A stretch of DNA of 64,000 nucleotides from contig JANYBV010000047.1 in the NCBI GenBank assembly GCA_025360605.1, forward strand, positions 2,857-66,856. Reading direction: 5' to 3'. Shown piece by piece: positions 48,507 to 60,299 of the stretch (its first letter is position 1; each line of letters starts with the position of its first letter). This stretch comes from Alphaproteobacteria bacterium (GTDB taxonomy: Bacteria > Pseudomonadota > Alphaproteobacteria > Rickettsiales > SXRF01). The notes below the pieces were generated by a model. It did not search any database and was not told the origin of the DNA. It saw only the letters and a program-made list of their open reading frames with translations. Position numbers and translations under genes: made by a program.

Positions 48507-50362
48507 AATTACTGCAAATCCACGAACCCGGAGAGACACCGCTGCCGCATAGCGATTCGGCGGCGGTAGGCATTGACCTTGGTACCACCCATTCGGTGGT
48601 GGCGATTGCATCCGAGGAAAGCGCCGAGGTCGTGCATAACATTCACGGCCATGCGCTGGTTCCTTCGGTGGTCTATTACGGCGAACATGGTGAAATCGAA
48701 ATTGGCTATCCGGCGAAAAAGCGCCACGATGCCGGAGAAACCGGAACCGTGGCATCGGTGAAACGCCTGATGGGACGCGGGCTGGACGATATCACCAAAG
48801 TACTGGGCAACCTGCCGTATGATGTGGTTCAGGGTAGTGAAGGTGTCGTGCGCCTGAAGGTACGCGACCGCGAAGTGACACCGGTGGAAGTGTCAGCAGA
48901 AATTCTCAAATATTTGAAGCTTTCAGCAGAAAAAGCGCTGGGCAAGGAAGTGAAACAGGCGGTGATTACCGTGCCGGCCTATTTTGACGATGCTGCCCGT
49001 ACCGCCACCAAGGACGCAGCGCGTCTGGCGGGGCTTGAGGTGTTGCGCCTGATCAATGAACCTACCGCGGCTGCGCTGGCCTATGGCCTCGATAAAGGGG
49101 TGGAGGGCGTGTACGCCATCTATGATCTGGGCGGTGGTACGTTTGATATTTCGCTGCTCAAGCTGGAAAAAGGCCTGTTTCAGGTGTTGTCGACCGGTGG
49201 TGATACGATGCTCGGCGGTGATGATTTTGATCAGGTGATTGCCGCGTGGCTGTTCACCGAGGCGGGCAACATCAAGGCCGAGCTTGCGCCGACGGAAGTG
49301 GCCGAGCTGGTGGCACAAGCCAGACGCGCCAAGCACGAGCTGAGTACGCAGGAATCGGCTGCTATCCCCTATCAGGGAAAACTTATTACGCTGGAGCGTT
49401 CGGTGTTTAACGAACTGATTATGACCTATGTCGGACGAACCATAAATGTCTGCGAACAGGCGCTGATGGATGCCAAACTGAGCATCACCGAGGTTAAAGG
49501 CGTGGTTATGGTCGGTGGTTCGACGCGAGTGCCGCTGGTGCTGGATATGGTGCAGGAATTTTTCGGCAAGAAACCGTTGACTGACGTAAACCCTGATGAA
49601 GTGGTGGCGATTGGTGCGGCGTTGCAGGCGAGGGGGCTGACCGAAGGCTCCGACAATCTGCTGCTCGATGTACTACCGCTGTCGCTCGGCCTTGAAATCA
49701 TGGGTGGTATTACCGAGAAAATTATCTACCGCAACACCCCAATTCCGGTGTCGGTATCACAGGAATTTACCACTTATCAAGATGGCCAGACCGGCCTCCA
49801 GATTCATGTATTGCAGGGCGAACGCGAAATGGTGGTGGATAACCGCTCGTTAAGCCGCTTTGAACTGACGGGTATTCCATCGCTTCCGGCAGGTATAGCC
49901 CGTGTAAAAGTGACGTTTACCGTCGATGCTGACGGGTTGCTGATGGTGACCGCCGAAGAAGCCCACACCGGTATCAAACAAACCGTCAATATCCAGCCGT
50001 CCTACGGCCTGCCGCCGGAACAGATTGAACAGATGCTGCTGGCCAGTATGGAAAATGCCAAAGCCGATATCACCCAGCGTCTGTTGGTGGAAGCGCGGGT
50101 GGAGGCGGGCCGGCTGATTGAGGAACTGGAATCAGTGATGAGACAAGATTCACATCTGCTGGAACCCAATGAAAGAGCGCGTTTTGAGCGCCAGATGATG
50201 GTGCTTCGCAATGTGGTGGACGGAGAAGACCGTGATTATATTGACGCAGAAACGCAGGAGCTTGCGCGCATGACGCAGGCCTTTGCTGAAAGAAGGATGG
50301 ACAGTGCAATCGCAGTTGCGCTAAAAGGAACCCATATTGATAAAGTGGCTGCCAAGGAGTAG
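48503..50362 (+). CDS. hscA: Fe-S chaperone HscA (Hsp70 family)
   Basis: [21 protein letters not shown], and VGGSTRVP. The ATG at 48503 overlaps the hscB stop (ATGA). Confidence 0.93.
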   Translation: MKLLQIHEPGETPLPHSDSAAVGIDLGTTHSVVAIASEESAEVVHNIHGHALVPSVVYYGEHGEIEIGYPAKKRHDAGETGTVASVKRLMGRGLDDITKVLGNLPYDVVQGSEGVVRLKVRDREVTPVEVSAEILKYLKLSAEKALGKEVKQAVITVPAYFDDAARTATKDAARLAGLEVLRLINEPTAAALAYGLDKGVEGVYAIYDLGGGTFDISLLKLEKGLFQVLSTGGDTMLGGDDFDQVIAAWLFTEAGNIKAELAPTEVAELVAQARRAKHELSTQESAAIPYQGKLITLERSVFNELIMTYVGRTINVCEQALMDAKLSITEVKGVVMVGGSTRVPLVLDMVQEFFGKKPLTDVNPDEVVAIGAALQARGLTEGSDNLLLDVLPLSLGLEIMGGITEKIIYRNTPIPVSVSQEFTTYQDGQTGLQIHVLQGEREMVVDNRSLSRFELTGIPSLPAGIARVKVTFTVDADGLLMVTAEEAHTGIKQTVNIQPSYGLPPEQIEQMLLASMENAKADITQRLLVEARVEAGRLIEELESVMRQDSHLLEPNERARFERQMMVLRNVVDGEDRDYIDAETQELARMTQAFAERRMDSAIAVALKGTHIDKVAAKE

Positions 50363-50365
50363 AGA

Positions 50366-50704
50366 ATGCCTAAACTAACATTTGTACTGCAAGACGGAAA
50401 AGAACTGACCGTGGAAGTGCCAAACGGCATATCCGTTTTGGAAGCGGCGCATAAAAATGCCGTGGCGCTGGAAGGCGCGTGTGAAGGCTCTCTGGCCTGC
50501 TCCACCTGCCATGTGGTCGTTGATAAAGACTGGTATCCCAAGCTCAAAGCTGCCACGGAAGACGAAGAAGACATGCTCGATCTTGCATTTGCCTTGACGC
50601 ACACCTCGCGCCTTGGCTGCCAGATCATGATGTCGGATGCGCTTGATGGTTTGCGTGTGATGCTGCCATCTGCTACGCGCAACATGATGGTCGATAAAAA
50701 GTAA
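50366..50704 (+). CDS. fdx: 2Fe-2S ferredoxin (adrenodoxin type)
   Basis: [14 protein letters not shown]...SRLGCQI. Confidence 0.9.
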   Translation: MPKLTFVLQDGKELTVEVPNGISVLEAAHKNAVALEGACEGSLACSTCHVVVDKDWYPKLKAATEDEEDMLDLAFALTHTSRLGCQIMMSDALDGLRVMLPSATRNMMVDKK

Positions 50705-50818
50705 AATTTCCTTAGCCTTTACGCTGTGACATACTGGTTGCGTATAAGGGCAAAAATACTATAATCCTGCCTATCGCTAATGTCTTCCCTTTCAGATATT
50801 TACCCATAGGTTGCCCGC

Positions 50819-52186
50819 ATGCTTACATTCTCCCGCAAGAAAAAATCCAGTTTAAAATCCATGTTAGGATTTGCCGTTATGGTGGGCGCCATCTCCAGCA
50901 TCCTGTTCATGAATAGCAGGCCTATTGATGTGGCTATTGTGACCGAAAAGCTGAAAAAGTTTTCCGATAATCTCAATCGTGATGCGGCGAGCGCCAATAA
51001 AGTGGCCAGCCTTACCTACGGGGCGGTGGAAATGAAGGGCGTTGGCTATGAAAAATTTGTTGAAATCAACCAGCCGCATCTGACATTGGGAAGAAACGAT
51101 GCGCCGGACGCGGGCTGGACCCTTGATACCGGCAAAGTATCCGTCAACTATGATCCCGTGAACGATAAAAGGTTTGTGTTTAAATTCGGTGATCCGCTGA
51201 CCGTTACCCATAATGGAAAAAAGACGACGCTGACATTTGAAAAACCTCTTAAAGTCGGCTATTTCCTTAAGGATCTGAAAGCGCCACAATCTGATAGTTT
51301 GATTACGATCCGTATGCCAACCCAGATAGCTATCGATTCGGGGACGTTGGTTAATGGTAAGTCCTCTGCCACCAACCTGCTCTTTGAAGCACTGCCCGAA
51401 ATCAGCATCAAAAATACAGTGGGTACGAAAACGAAAGAAGAAAATTTTGAATTCCGGAACATTACAGTTCAATCTGGCGGCGAAGATAATGCCAATATTG
51501 GCGCTGTTGCCAACAGCCTGAACGAAAAGGCAATAGATGACCACAAGTATGAGGGTACATTCAATTTTACAGTGTCGGACCTGACGCATCATCTCGATAA
51601 CAAACAGACGGCTACCTGCAGCCTGACTACTAACATAGGCTATACCAGCACCGAGTCGCTGACGGGGCTGGTCGGCCTTCCGGTAAAAGCGGACATCAAC
51701 GCCAAGCTGAATAAAATGGTTCTGGCGTGCGATGATTTTACTATTAAAATCGACGGGGATGTAGCGAGCCTCTCCGGTGACGATATGCTAAGCGGTGCCG
51801 TCACGATCAACATTGATAATCCCGAAGCATTTCTTGCCAGTGAACTGGTTTCAACCCAAACCCGTGGCACGCTGGCTGCTGCTTTCCCTAAAATTACCGG
51901 CCAGCCTTTTGATCCAAAAACCCCGCTCAATTTTTCGGTGAAGCGCGAGAAGGGTGGAACATTGATGTTTGGAGCGGTGAGTCTTGCTGATTCAGGTATC
52001 AATCTATCCGATCTGATGGCGGGTGGTATAGGTAAAACACTGGAGGCCGGAGGAGCTGCCGAGAAATCTCCAGAGTCGCCGAACGAATCTGGTATGTTTC
52101 CGGAATCTTCAGCGGAAAGCCCACAAAGCCTGCCTTTAGAAAGCCCGCAAAATATTCCGGCAACCTCGCAGGAAAGCCCGAAATAA
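50819..52186 (+). CDS. hypothetical exported/membrane-anchored protein with ESP-rich C-terminus
   Basis: 455-aa ORF with an N-terminal TM segment. The antisense 242-aa ORF is a shadow. Confidence 0.5.
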   Translation: MLTFSRKKKSSLKSMLGFAVMVGAISSILFMNSRPIDVAIVTEKLKKFSDNLNRDAASANKVASLTYGAVEMKGVGYEKFVEINQPHLTLGRNDAPDAGWTLDTGKVSVNYDPVNDKRFVFKFGDPLTVTHNGKKTTLTFEKPLKVGYFLKDLKAPQSDSLITIRMPTQIAIDSGTLVNGKSSATNLLFEALPEISIKNTVGTKTKEENFEFRNITVQSGGEDNANIGAVANSLNEKAIDDHKYEGTFNFTVSDLTHHLDNKQTATCSLTTNIGYTSTESLTGLVGLPVKADINAKLNKMVLACDDFTIKIDGDVASLSGDDMLSGAVTINIDNPEAFLASELVSTQTRGTLAAAFPKITGQPFDPKTPLNFSVKREKGGTLMFGAVSLADSGINLSDLMAGGIGKTLEAGGAAEKSPESPNESGMFPESSAESPQSLPLESPQNIPATSQESPK

Positions 52187-54031
52187 ATGAAACCGAAAGC
52201 TGCTGTCAAAAAAAATGTGCCAAAAAAATCTGTTAAAAAAGCACCTGTGAAGACCAAAAAGTCCCCTGTGAAAGCGGTGAGCCAACTGCCTGAATGGGAT
52301 TTAACCGACTTTTACGCATCGCCGGAGTCGCCGGAAATAAACAAAGATTATGAACGCCTCGATAAACTGTGTTCGGCGTTCCAGAAATCCTATGACGGCA
52401 AGGTCACGCGCTTAAGTGGAGACCAGTTGGCTAAAGCCATCGCTGAATATGAGGCTATGCAAGAACTGTTCGGCAAAATTGGCAGCTATGCCCAGCTGCG
52501 CTTTGCCAAAAACATGAGTGACCCCGCGATTGCGCAGTTTTACCAGAACGCACAGGAAAAAATTACCGTGCTGTCCTCGCAAATCTTGTTCTTCGCGCTG
52601 GCGATTAACAAAATAGAGGATAAGCAACTCGAAGGCATGCTGTCTAACGCTGCGCTGAAATATTATGCACCGTGGCTGCGTGACGTGCGTACCTTCAAGC
52701 CGTACCAGCTGTCGGATGAAGTTGAAAAACTGCTGCATGAAAAATCCGTGGCAGGGCGCTCGGCGTGGACGCGTCTGTTTGATGAAACTATTGCGGGTTT
52801 GCGTTTTACCATCGACAAGAAAAAAATGACCTCGGCTGAGGCGTTCAATATGCTGTCGATGAAAGAACCGGCCAAGCGCAAAAAAGCGGCGCTGACGATA
52901 GGTGAAGTATTCAAAGAAAACGTGTCCCTGTTCACGCTCGTTACCAATACGCTGGCGAAGGATAAGGAAATCGAAGACCAGTGGCGTGGGTTTAGGCAGC
53001 CTATTTCCTCGCGCAATGTCAGCAATTATATTGAAGATGAGGTAGTGGATGCGCTGCTTGCGGCGGTTTCTAAAAGCTATCCCAAGCTGTCGCATCGTTA
53101 TTATGCGCTGAAAGCGAAATGGTTTGGCAAAAAACAACTCGATTATTGGGACCGCAACGCGCCGCTGCCAGGGGATACCGACCGTACCTATAAGTGGGAC
53201 GAGGCCAAGGAGCTGGTGCTAAGCGCCTATAACAAATTTTCACCCACGCTTGCGTCTGTGGGCACGCGCTTTTTCACCAATGACTGGATTGACGTGCCGG
53301 TAACGGCTGGCAAATCTCCGGGGGCTTTTGCGCACCCGACCGTGCCTTCCGTGCATCCGTACCTGCTTTTGAATTTTCAGGGCAAATCGCGCGATGTGAT
53401 GACCCTTGCCCATGAGCTGGGACACGGCGTGCATCAGGTGCTGGCGGCCAAGCAGGGCGCACTGTTATGCGATACGCCGCTGACGCTGGCGGAAACTGCT
53501 TCGGTGTTTGGCGAACAGCTGACCTTCCGCGAAATGGTGCGCCGCGAAAAAGATGTCAAGCGCCGCAAACGCCTGATTGCCTCCAAGGTGGAGGATATGC
53601 TCAACACAGTGGTGCGCCAGATTGCGTTCTGTGAATTTGAAAAACGTGTCCACGGTGAACGCCGCAACGGTGAACTTACTGCCGAGCGCATCAGCCAGAT
53701 TTGGATGGATGTGCAGTCGCAGAGTTTGGGGCCTGCGATCAAGCTGCACGGCGATTATAAATATTATTGGACCTATATCCCGCACTTCATCCATTCACCG
53801 TTTTATGTGTATGCGTATGCGTTTGGCGATTGCCTCGTAAATTCGCTCTACGCGGTGTATGAAAAAAACAAGGTGCCCGATTTCGAAAAGAAATACCTCA
53901 CTATGCTGGAAGCGGGTGGCACGCTGCGTCACAAGGAGTTGCTAAAGCCGTTTGGCCTTGATGCTACTAAACCGGATTTCTGGAGCCAAGGTCTGGATAT
54001 CATCTCCGGATTTATCGATGAGCTGGAATAG
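52187..54031 (+). CDS. pepF: oligoendopeptidase F (M3 family)
   Basis: Zinc motif LAHELGHGVH with collinear M3B features. The Lys-rich first ~33 codons may or may not be translated. Confidence 0.85.
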   Translation: MKPKAAVKKNVPKKSVKKAPVKTKKSPVKAVSQLPEWDLTDFYASPESPEINKDYERLDKLCSAFQKSYDGKVTRLSGDQLAKAIAEYEAMQELFGKIGSYAQLRFAKNMSDPAIAQFYQNAQEKITVLSSQILFFALAINKIEDKQLEGMLSNAALKYYAPWLRDVRTFKPYQLSDEVEKLLHEKSVAGRSAWTRLFDETIAGLRFTIDKKKMTSAEAFNMLSMKEPAKRKKAALTIGEVFKENVSLFTLVTNTLAKDKEIEDQWRGFRQPISSRNVSNYIEDEVVDALLAAVSKSYPKLSHRYYALKAKWFGKKQLDYWDRNAPLPGDTDRTYKWDEAKELVLSAYNKFSPTLASVGTRFFTNDWIDVPVTAGKSPGAFAHPTVPSVHPYLLLNFQGKSRDVMTLAHELGHGVHQVLAAKQGALLCDTPLTLAETASVFGEQLTFREMVRREKDVKRRKRLIASKVEDMLNTVVRQIAFCEFEKRVHGERRNGELTAERISQIWMDVQSQSLGPAIKLHGDYKYYWTYIPHFIHSPFYVYAYAFGDCLVNSLYAVYEKNKVPDFEKKYLTMLEAGGTLRHKELLKPFGLDATKPDFWSQGLDIISGFIDELE

Positions 54032-54066
54032 CGCGGCTGTGCGCTTTGCCGCCTGCGACCGCTGAC

Positions 54067-55221
54067 ATGCTGTCTGCCCAGAAAAAAATAGTATTGCTGC
54101 TGGCGCTGGCCGAGGCATTCATCGCCTGCATAACGTTGTTGAAATATTTTTCCGATATTGGAGATGGCGGCCATTTCGGCGGTGATTTTACTGTGTTTTG
54201 GCACGCAGGAACTGCCGCGCTGCAAGGCCATGCGGCGGCGCTTTACGACACGGCCACGCTGGTGCCCGATGCCAGCGGTTTTGTCGCTCCTTTTATTTAT
54301 CCGCCGCACATGTTGCTACTGCTGTGGCCACTGGGGGGGATGAGCTATAATTCGGCGGTGGCGTTGTGGACACTGGTGCCGCTGCCTTTATATTTCGCTA
54401 TGTTGTATGGATTAATCAAACGTTCTGCGCTTGCAGATGAAATACCACGCACCCGCACGATGAGCATCATCACTGCCCTTGCTATGACGCTGCCCTTGCT
54501 GCTGGCGAATGCGCTCAGCGGTCAGTCGGGCGCGGTGGTCGGGGTGTTGTTCATGGCGGTGCTGCTTTTCAAAGACCAAAAACCGTGGCTGGCAGGGATA
54601 GCGCTGGGGATAATGAGTGTGAAGCCGCAGCTGGGGCTGTTGCTGTTTGTGGCCCTGCTGGCGGCGCGGCAAGGGCGGGTGTTGGCGGCGGCGGCAGTTA
54701 CGTTTGGGATGCTGGCGGGGATTACTACCATTTGGCTCGGGTTCTCCATCTGGGCGGACTACCTGCATATGACGGGTGCGTTCGCAGGGTTTATGACGCA
54801 TGGCTTCACCCAGTTTGCCCAGCTGGCGGTGGGGCCGTATATTTCCCTGCGCGGAGTGGGCGTGCCATCGGCGGTAGCGATGGGGGGACAGGCGCTGGTC
54901 AGCGTTGCCGTGCTGGGTGTGACCCTGCGCGCGTTTGGACGTGCGGGCGACCGCGATGCGAAGCTGGGGCTGGTGGCGTGTGGCAGCCTTTTGGTCGGGC
55001 CTTACAGTCTGTGTTATGATTTGCCGTTGCTGGTGGTGGCGATGATTCCGTTGCTGAAGGAGCCTAAATCGGGGCAGCGCTACGATGGCCTAAACATTCT
55101 TCTGTTTATTTTAATCCTTATCTTTCCCTATAGCCAACCTGAGCTGATGCCGTTGCATATGCCGCTTGGGCTGATTACCCTGATAGGGCTGTTTGTAGCG
55201 CTGGCGCATAAAAATAAATAA
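54067..55221 (+). CDS. polytopic membrane protein, DUF2029/GT87-like glycosyltransferase
   Basis: About 10 TM segments and an N-terminal GGDFTVFWHAG...LY pattern. The family call is from memory. Confidence 0.5.
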   Translation: MLSAQKKIVLLLALAEAFIACITLLKYFSDIGDGGHFGGDFTVFWHAGTAALQGHAAALYDTATLVPDASGFVAPFIYPPHMLLLLWPLGGMSYNSAVALWTLVPLPLYFAMLYGLIKRSALADEIPRTRTMSIITALAMTLPLLLANALSGQSGAVVGVLFMAVLLFKDQKPWLAGIALGIMSVKPQLGLLLFVALLAARQGRVLAAAAVTFGMLAGITTIWLGFSIWADYLHMTGAFAGFMTHGFTQFAQLAVGPYISLRGVGVPSAVAMGGQALVSVAVLGVTLRAFGRAGDRDAKLGLVACGSLLVGPYSLCYDLPLLVVAMIPLLKEPKSGQRYDGLNILLFILILIFPYSQPELMPLHMPLGLITLIGLFVALAHKNK

Positions 55222-55430
55222 CCAATTGATTGATAATTGCATTTTTGTTATTTTTTCTTTGCAGGAATTCGCACTGTTCACGATGAGGGGCAATGGGCGG
55301 AACCATTGGTGGTATTAATCACGGATTGCTATGCAATTACGTTGATTCCCCCTCATAATCTGCTAGAAATTTACTCATTATTCACCATCTGGCCCGCGCG
55401 CATGCGGGCATGAGCTTTTTGGGATCCGTT

Positions 55431-58196
55431 ATGACCGATAGTAACCTGAACGTAAGCCAAGAACTTCTGCCGGTGTCCATCGAAGCGGAAATGAAAAAAT
55501 CGTACCTCGATTACGCGATGAGCGTGATTGTATCGCGCGCCATTCCCGATGTGCGCGACGGGTTGAAGCCGGTGCATCGCCGCATCTTATTTGGCATGCT
55601 GGAGCTGGGCTGCGAATATAACAAACCCTATAAAAAATCCGCCCGTGTTGTCGGTGACGTGATGGGTAAATTCCATCCGCATGGTGACTCGGCGATTTAC
55701 GATGCGTTGGTGCGTATGGCCCAGCCGTTTTCCATGCGCCTTATGCTCGTAGACGGGCAGGGTAACTTCGGTTCGATGGATGGCGACTCCGCTGCGGCGA
55801 TGCGTTATACCGAATCGCGCCTGTCCAAGGCCGCGCACGCGCTTTTGAACGACATTGATAAAGCCACCGTCGATTTTCAGGATAACTATGACGGTTCGGA
55901 AAAAGAACCGATGGTTCTTCCGGCTGCTTACCCTAACATTCTGGTTAATGGCGCGGGTGGTATTGCCGTCGGTATGGCCACTAACATTCCTCCGCATAAC
56001 CTTGGCGAAGTGGTGGATGCGTGCTGCATGTATCTCGATAATCCCGAGGTGACGATTGAAGAAATGATGGAAGTGTGCCCTGGTCCGGATTTCCCGACGG
56101 GTGGCATTATATTGGGGCGCAGTGGTTGCCGCTCGGCGTTGCTCACGGGCCGTGGCTCGGTGGTGATGCGTGGTAAAACCGAAATTGAAGAAATTCGTCC
56201 GGGCCGTTACGCGGTCATTATTACGGAAGTACCGTTTCAGGTGAACAAAGCGCGCATGGTCGAGCGTATTGCCGAACTGGTGCGTGAAAAGAAAATCGAA
56301 GGCATCTCCGACCTGCGCGATGAATCCGACAAGTCCGGCGTGCGTGTGGTGGTGGAATGTAAAAAAGATGCGGTGCCTGACGTGGTGCTGTCGCAGCTGT
56401 TCAGCTACACCCCGCTGCAAACCAGCTTTGGCGTCAATATGCTGGCACTCGATAATGGCCGCCCTGAACTGATGAACCTGAAACATGTGATCAAATCCTT
56501 CATCGCGTTCCGTGAAGAAGTCATCACCCGCCGCACGTCCTTCCTGCTCGGCAAAGCGCGTGACCGCGCACATGTGTTGGTCGGCCTTGCTATTGCCGTG
56601 GCGAATATTGACGAAGTGATCGCGGTGATTAAAGCATCGGCGGACCCGAACATTGCCCGCGTAGAACTGATGAACCGAAACTGGGCGGCGGGCGATGTAT
56701 TGCCGCTGCTCAATCTGGTTGAAGATTCAGGTAACATTGTCGAAGGGGGCCGCATCAGGTTCACCGAAGCGCAGGCACGCGCGATCCTTGAGTTGCGCTT
56801 AGCCCGCCTGACCGGTCTGGAACGCGACAAGATCGACGAGGAAATGAAAGAACTTGCTCTCGAAATCGCTGAATACCTCGCTATTCTTGGAAACCGCGAA
56901 AAGCTCTACGGCATTTTACGCACCGAATTGCTGGCTGCACGCGAACAATTCGCTACCCCACGCCGCACGGTCATCGAAATGTCGGAATTCGAAGCCGATA
57001 TCGAAGACCTGATCCAGAAAGAAGACATGGTGGTGACGGTGACGGCGGGTGGCTACATTAAACGCACCGCGCTTTCCTCATACCGCGCGCAGAAGCGTGG
57101 TGGTAAAGGCAAGTCGGCAATGGACGTGCGTGACGAGGATATCACCACCGAACTGCTCGTGGTCAACACCCATACACCGGTGCTGTTCTTCTCGAATAAA
57201 GGGCAGGTCTATAAGCTGAAAGTATACCGCCTGCCTGTGGGTGCTGCCAATACGCGCGGCAAGGCGCTGGTGAATATTTTTCCATTGGCTCCGGATGAAA
57301 AAATCACCACCTTTATGCCGCTGCCGGAAGATGAAACGCTGTGGGATTCGATGCATATTTTCTTCGCCACCGCGAAGGGCAATGTGCGCCGCAACGACCT
57401 GTCGGACTTTCATGATATCCGCGCGAATGGCAAAATCGCTATTCGCATGGAAGACAATGACAAGCTGATCGGGGTGCAGACATGCACCGAAAGCGATCAC
57501 GCTCTGCTGGCATCACGCGCCGGTAAATGTATCCGCTTCCCGATCGACGATGTGCGCGTCTTTAAAAGCCGCACCTCTGACGGTGTGCGCGGTATGAGGC
57601 TGGCAGATGGCGATGAGGTGGTGTCGATGAGTGTCTTGGGTGGCATCCAAACCACCGTGGAAGAACGCTACAGCTACCTGAAAATGGCAGCCGCCAAACG
57701 CAAAGCCGCAGGGGAAACCGACGGCGAGGAAGTTGTTAATGTCAGCGGTGGCCATGACGAGGAAATCAAGGAAGTTGCCATCAGCGAAGAGCGCTTTGCC
57801 CAGATGGAAGCAGCGGAACAGTTTATTCTGACGGTCACTGAAAATGGCTTTGGCAAACGTTCCTCGGCGTATGAATACCGCACGATTGGCCGTGGTGGCT
57901 CGGGTATCGTGAATATCATCACCAGCGCGCGTAATGGCAGTGTAATCTCCAGCCAGCCGGTGGCGCACACCGGTCAGGTGATGCTGATGACCGATCGTGC
58001 AACCGTCATTCGTTGCCGTCTGGACGACATACGCATTGCCGGACGCAATACCCAAGGCGTTACCATCCTGCGCACCGGTGACGGCGAGAAGGTGGTGAGC
58101 GTGGTAAAAGTACCCGAAGGCGAAGTTGAGGGCGTGGACGTTGCCGAAGGCACCGACATTGCCACCGATACAGAAGGTCAGGCACCTAGCGTATAG
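55431..58196 (+). CDS. gyrA: DNA gyrase subunit A
   Basis: [42 protein letters not shown], and C-terminal beta-pinwheel repeats. Confidence 0.95.
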   Translation: MTDSNLNVSQELLPVSIEAEMKKSYLDYAMSVIVSRAIPDVRDGLKPVHRRILFGMLELGCEYNKPYKKSARVVGDVMGKFHPHGDSAIYDALVRMAQPFSMRLMLVDGQGNFGSMDGDSAAAMRYTESRLSKAAHALLNDIDKATVDFQDNYDGSEKEPMVLPAAYPNILVNGAGGIAVGMATNIPPHNLGEVVDACCMYLDNPEVTIEEMMEVCPGPDFPTGGIILGRSGCRSALLTGRGSVVMRGKTEIEEIRPGRYAVIITEVPFQVNKARMVERIAELVREKKIEGISDLRDESDKSGVRVVVECKKDAVPDVVLSQLFSYTPLQTSFGVNMLALDNGRPELMNLKHVIKSFIAFREEVITRRTSFLLGKARDRAHVLVGLAIAVANIDEVIAVIKASADPNIARVELMNRNWAAGDVLPLLNLVEDSGNIVEGGRIRFTEAQARAILELRLARLTGLERDKIDEEMKELALEIAEYLAILGNREKLYGILRTELLAAREQFATPRRTVIEMSEFEADIEDLIQKEDMVVTVTAGGYIKRTALSSYRAQKRGGKGKSAMDVRDEDITTELLVVNTHTPVLFFSNKGQVYKLKVYRLPVGAANTRGKALVNIFPLAPDEKITTFMPLPEDETLWDSMHIFFATAKGNVRRNDLSDFHDIRANGKIAIRMEDNDKLIGVQTCTESDHALLASRAGKCIRFPIDDVRVFKSRTSDGVRGMRLADGDEVVSMSVLGGIQTTVEERYSYLKMAAAKRKAAGETDGEEVVNVSGGHDEEIKEVAISEERFAQMEAAEQFILTVTENGFGKRSSAYEYRTIGRGGSGIVNIITSARNGSVISSQPVAHTGQVMLMTDRATVIRCRLDDIRIAGRNTQGVTILRTGDGEKVVSVVKVPEGEVEGVDVAEGTDIATDTEGQAPSV

Positions 58197-58216
58197 GCTG
58201 GATAAGAGCAGCAATT

Positions 58217-58253
58217 AAAAAGCCCCCAACCGTTAGGTCGGGGGCTTTTTTTT
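58217..58253. terminator. bidirectional intrinsic terminator between the convergent gyrA and 570-aa genes
   Basis: AAAAA-GCCCCC..ACC-GTTA-GGT..GGGGGC-TTTTTTTT hairpin flanked by an A-run and a T-run. Confidence 0.65.
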
Positions 58254-58268
58254 AGTTGGAAATGATGA

Positions 58269-59981
58269 TTAGCCGCGTGCGCTCACTGCTGATCTTTCCA
58301 GATTGCGCATTCCTCTTGCCCAGCTGTCATCTTCTTTTTTGATGCCGCCTGCGCGCATATTCGCTTCGGTATTGCGAAGCGCGGTCGCGCCAATTTTATC
58401 GGTCATGCTCTGCACGAGGTTCGGGTTGAGGGCTTCCCGCAGATCATCAAGGAATTGTTGGGAATTTTGAGCTGCCGGCTTTCCATTGGCTCCGCGTCCA
58501 TACTGCGTTTCTGCCAGCTGATAGGCCTTATCGAGCGCATCCGCATCTACGCTATGCGATAGTAAGGTGCTGGCGAGTGGCGAGTTTGGAATATCATTCT
58601 GCAGACCATGACGACGATGGCGCAATACGTCCAGTGCCTGCTGTAATTCTACAGTGGCAGGTTCTTTTTGATCGCGTTCAAAGTCTTTTTCAGTGACTCC
58701 TTTGACGAATACCGCCAGCTCGGCGCTTTGCAGGCGTGCGGCCATTGCAACCGAATGTACGATGGAAAGCGCAGCCACGCGTGCCTTATAGGCGTAGTCC
58801 AAAATATCAATAGTTCCGGTGCCCTCACTGTTGGTGGCGAGCTGATTCATGACACGCACCACCTCTTTCGGCGGATAGGATACCTTGTCGTCACCAGCAC
58901 CGATCTCTACGGAATGGTACAGATTTTCTTTGTCTTTAAGCATATTGTCGAGGCGCACGCGCTTGAAGGCAACGCTTAACATGTCAAGGGCAGTATAATC
59001 CTTGCCCGGACTGGTGGAGCGTTGGAGGCGATGGTCGGGATCTTCCTCGGTATTTAAGTGGTCGCCGGAAGCAAAAGATTTCTGTAAATCCTCAGGCTGT
59101 AAATTTTTCAGCAGCGCCTTTGTGGCAGCTTCTGTATCTCCATTATGCTGATCCAGAAGCGCTTTAAGATCAGTATTGCGCTGGAAAAGTTCACCACCAA
59201 AACCCAGCACGTCCTTATTCGCCAGCAACGTGGCATTGGCGGTTAAGGCATCGGCGGTGCGGGTGGGGTCGTCAAGGCCGAACTCGGCGGCGACTTTCTC
59301 CACACGGTTACGCAACAACTGGAACTTGGCCGCATCTTTGAACGGAACGGTCGCGGCAACGGAAGCGATGACCCCGACAATAAATTTTTTGTCTTCTGTG
59401 GTCAGTTCGCCGTGTTCTGCGATTTTTGCTTCTTCCAGCTTTTTAGCCAGCACCAGAGCGCTTAAAAATTCATTCTGCCCGTTAAAAATACTGAGATTTC
59501 CACCAGCTTTCTGTTCAAATATCTCATAGGTTGCCCATGCGATGGCATCCGTTTCAGGGGTGATTTCTTTGGCTTGGATGCGGGTTGGCAGGCCGGGGAC
59601 GGGTTCGACATACTGGGCGAGTGTTTTTTCGCCATATTCGGTGGTTTTTCCGTCAACGTGATATTCGAAATCATGGCCGAGGGCGGCGATGAAATTGATG
59701 TTTTTGAGTTCTTGTAATTCGGTGGCTGCAAGCGGTTTATCGGCATAGGCGCTGCCCATTGCTTTATTCAGGTCGCTATAGGCCTGCTGGGTCCACGGAT
59801 CTTCCTGTCCGGTCATTTCCAGTAAATGGCCGATACCATGGAAAAAACGCCCCGACTGGCCATAGGTGTCATTGACGGATTTTAAGAAAGCGGCTTCATC
59901 ATCATACAACCCCCGCGCTACGTCTGCGGTGCGTGCATAGGCTGCTTTGAGTTCATCATCGTGAAGGGTGGCTTTGTTCAT
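58269..59981 (-). CDS. hypothetical 570-aa protein (possible H...HD metal-dependent hydrolase-like N-terminus)
   Basis: Long ORF with FFHGIGHLLEM ... AALGHDFEYH. Otherwise no recognisable domain. Confidence 0.45.
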   Translation of the reverse strand: MNKATLHDDELKAAYARTADVARGLYDDEAAFLKSVNDTYGQSGRFFHGIGHLLEMTGQEDPWTQQAYSDLNKAMGSAYADKPLAATELQELKNINFIAALGHDFEYHVDGKTTEYGEKTLAQYVEPVPGLPTRIQAKEITPETDAIAWATYEIFEQKAGGNLSIFNGQNEFLSALVLAKKLEEAKIAEHGELTTEDKKFIVGVIASVAATVPFKDAAKFQLLRNRVEKVAAEFGLDDPTRTADALTANATLLANKDVLGFGGELFQRNTDLKALLDQHNGDTEAATKALLKNLQPEDLQKSFASGDHLNTEEDPDHRLQRSTSPGKDYTALDMLSVAFKRVRLDNMLKDKENLYHSVEIGAGDDKVSYPPKEVVRVMNQLATNSEGTGTIDILDYAYKARVAALSIVHSVAMAARLQSAELAVFVKGVTEKDFERDQKEPATVELQQALDVLRHRRHGLQNDIPNSPLASTLLSHSVDADALDKAYQLAETQYGRGANGKPAAQNSQQFLDDLREALNPNLVQSMTDKIGATALRNTEANMRAGGIKKEDDSWARGMRNLERSAVSARG

Positions 59982-60044
59982 AGAATCTCCATTTCAATAG
60001 TTAAACCAGTATGTTGATAAAATATTTTCTTTTTTATAAAGCAA

Positions 60045-60120
60045 ACTAATAAGTATGAAATAATACTAATAGGTATGAATATATACTAATAAGTATGAAT
60101 TGTATACTCGTAAGTATGAA
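60045..60120. promoter_or_regulatory. four phased direct repeats, consensus ACTAATAAGTATGAA, 20-21 bp period
   Basis: Copies lie at 60045-60059, 60065-60079, 60085-60099 and 60106-60120, in the AT-rich divergent intergenic region between the 570-aa gene and coaD. Confidence 0.6.
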
Positions 60121-60299
60121 ATTAAATTTACCAATATATTACATTGGGTTGATTCGCTTTTGGGCTGATAGGGAAGCGGATTTTGCCTCGCAGTGGCCAT
60201 AGCCTGACACGCGGTGCCGAGGGGCTATCATTCTTATTTACCTTTGGAATTCTTTGTTTAGAATGGCGGCCATCGCTCAAAACTACTCAAGGACACGCC

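Noticed and set aside
55587-56573. Long antisense ORFs opposite strong genes (328 aa opposite gyrA, 317 aa opposite the amine oxidase at 635-1588, 242 aa at 50864-51592, 241 aa at 52412-53137, and several opposite carD's repeat region).
   Set aside because: The sense-strand genes have unambiguous conserved motifs. The antisense ORFs have biased, low-information composition.
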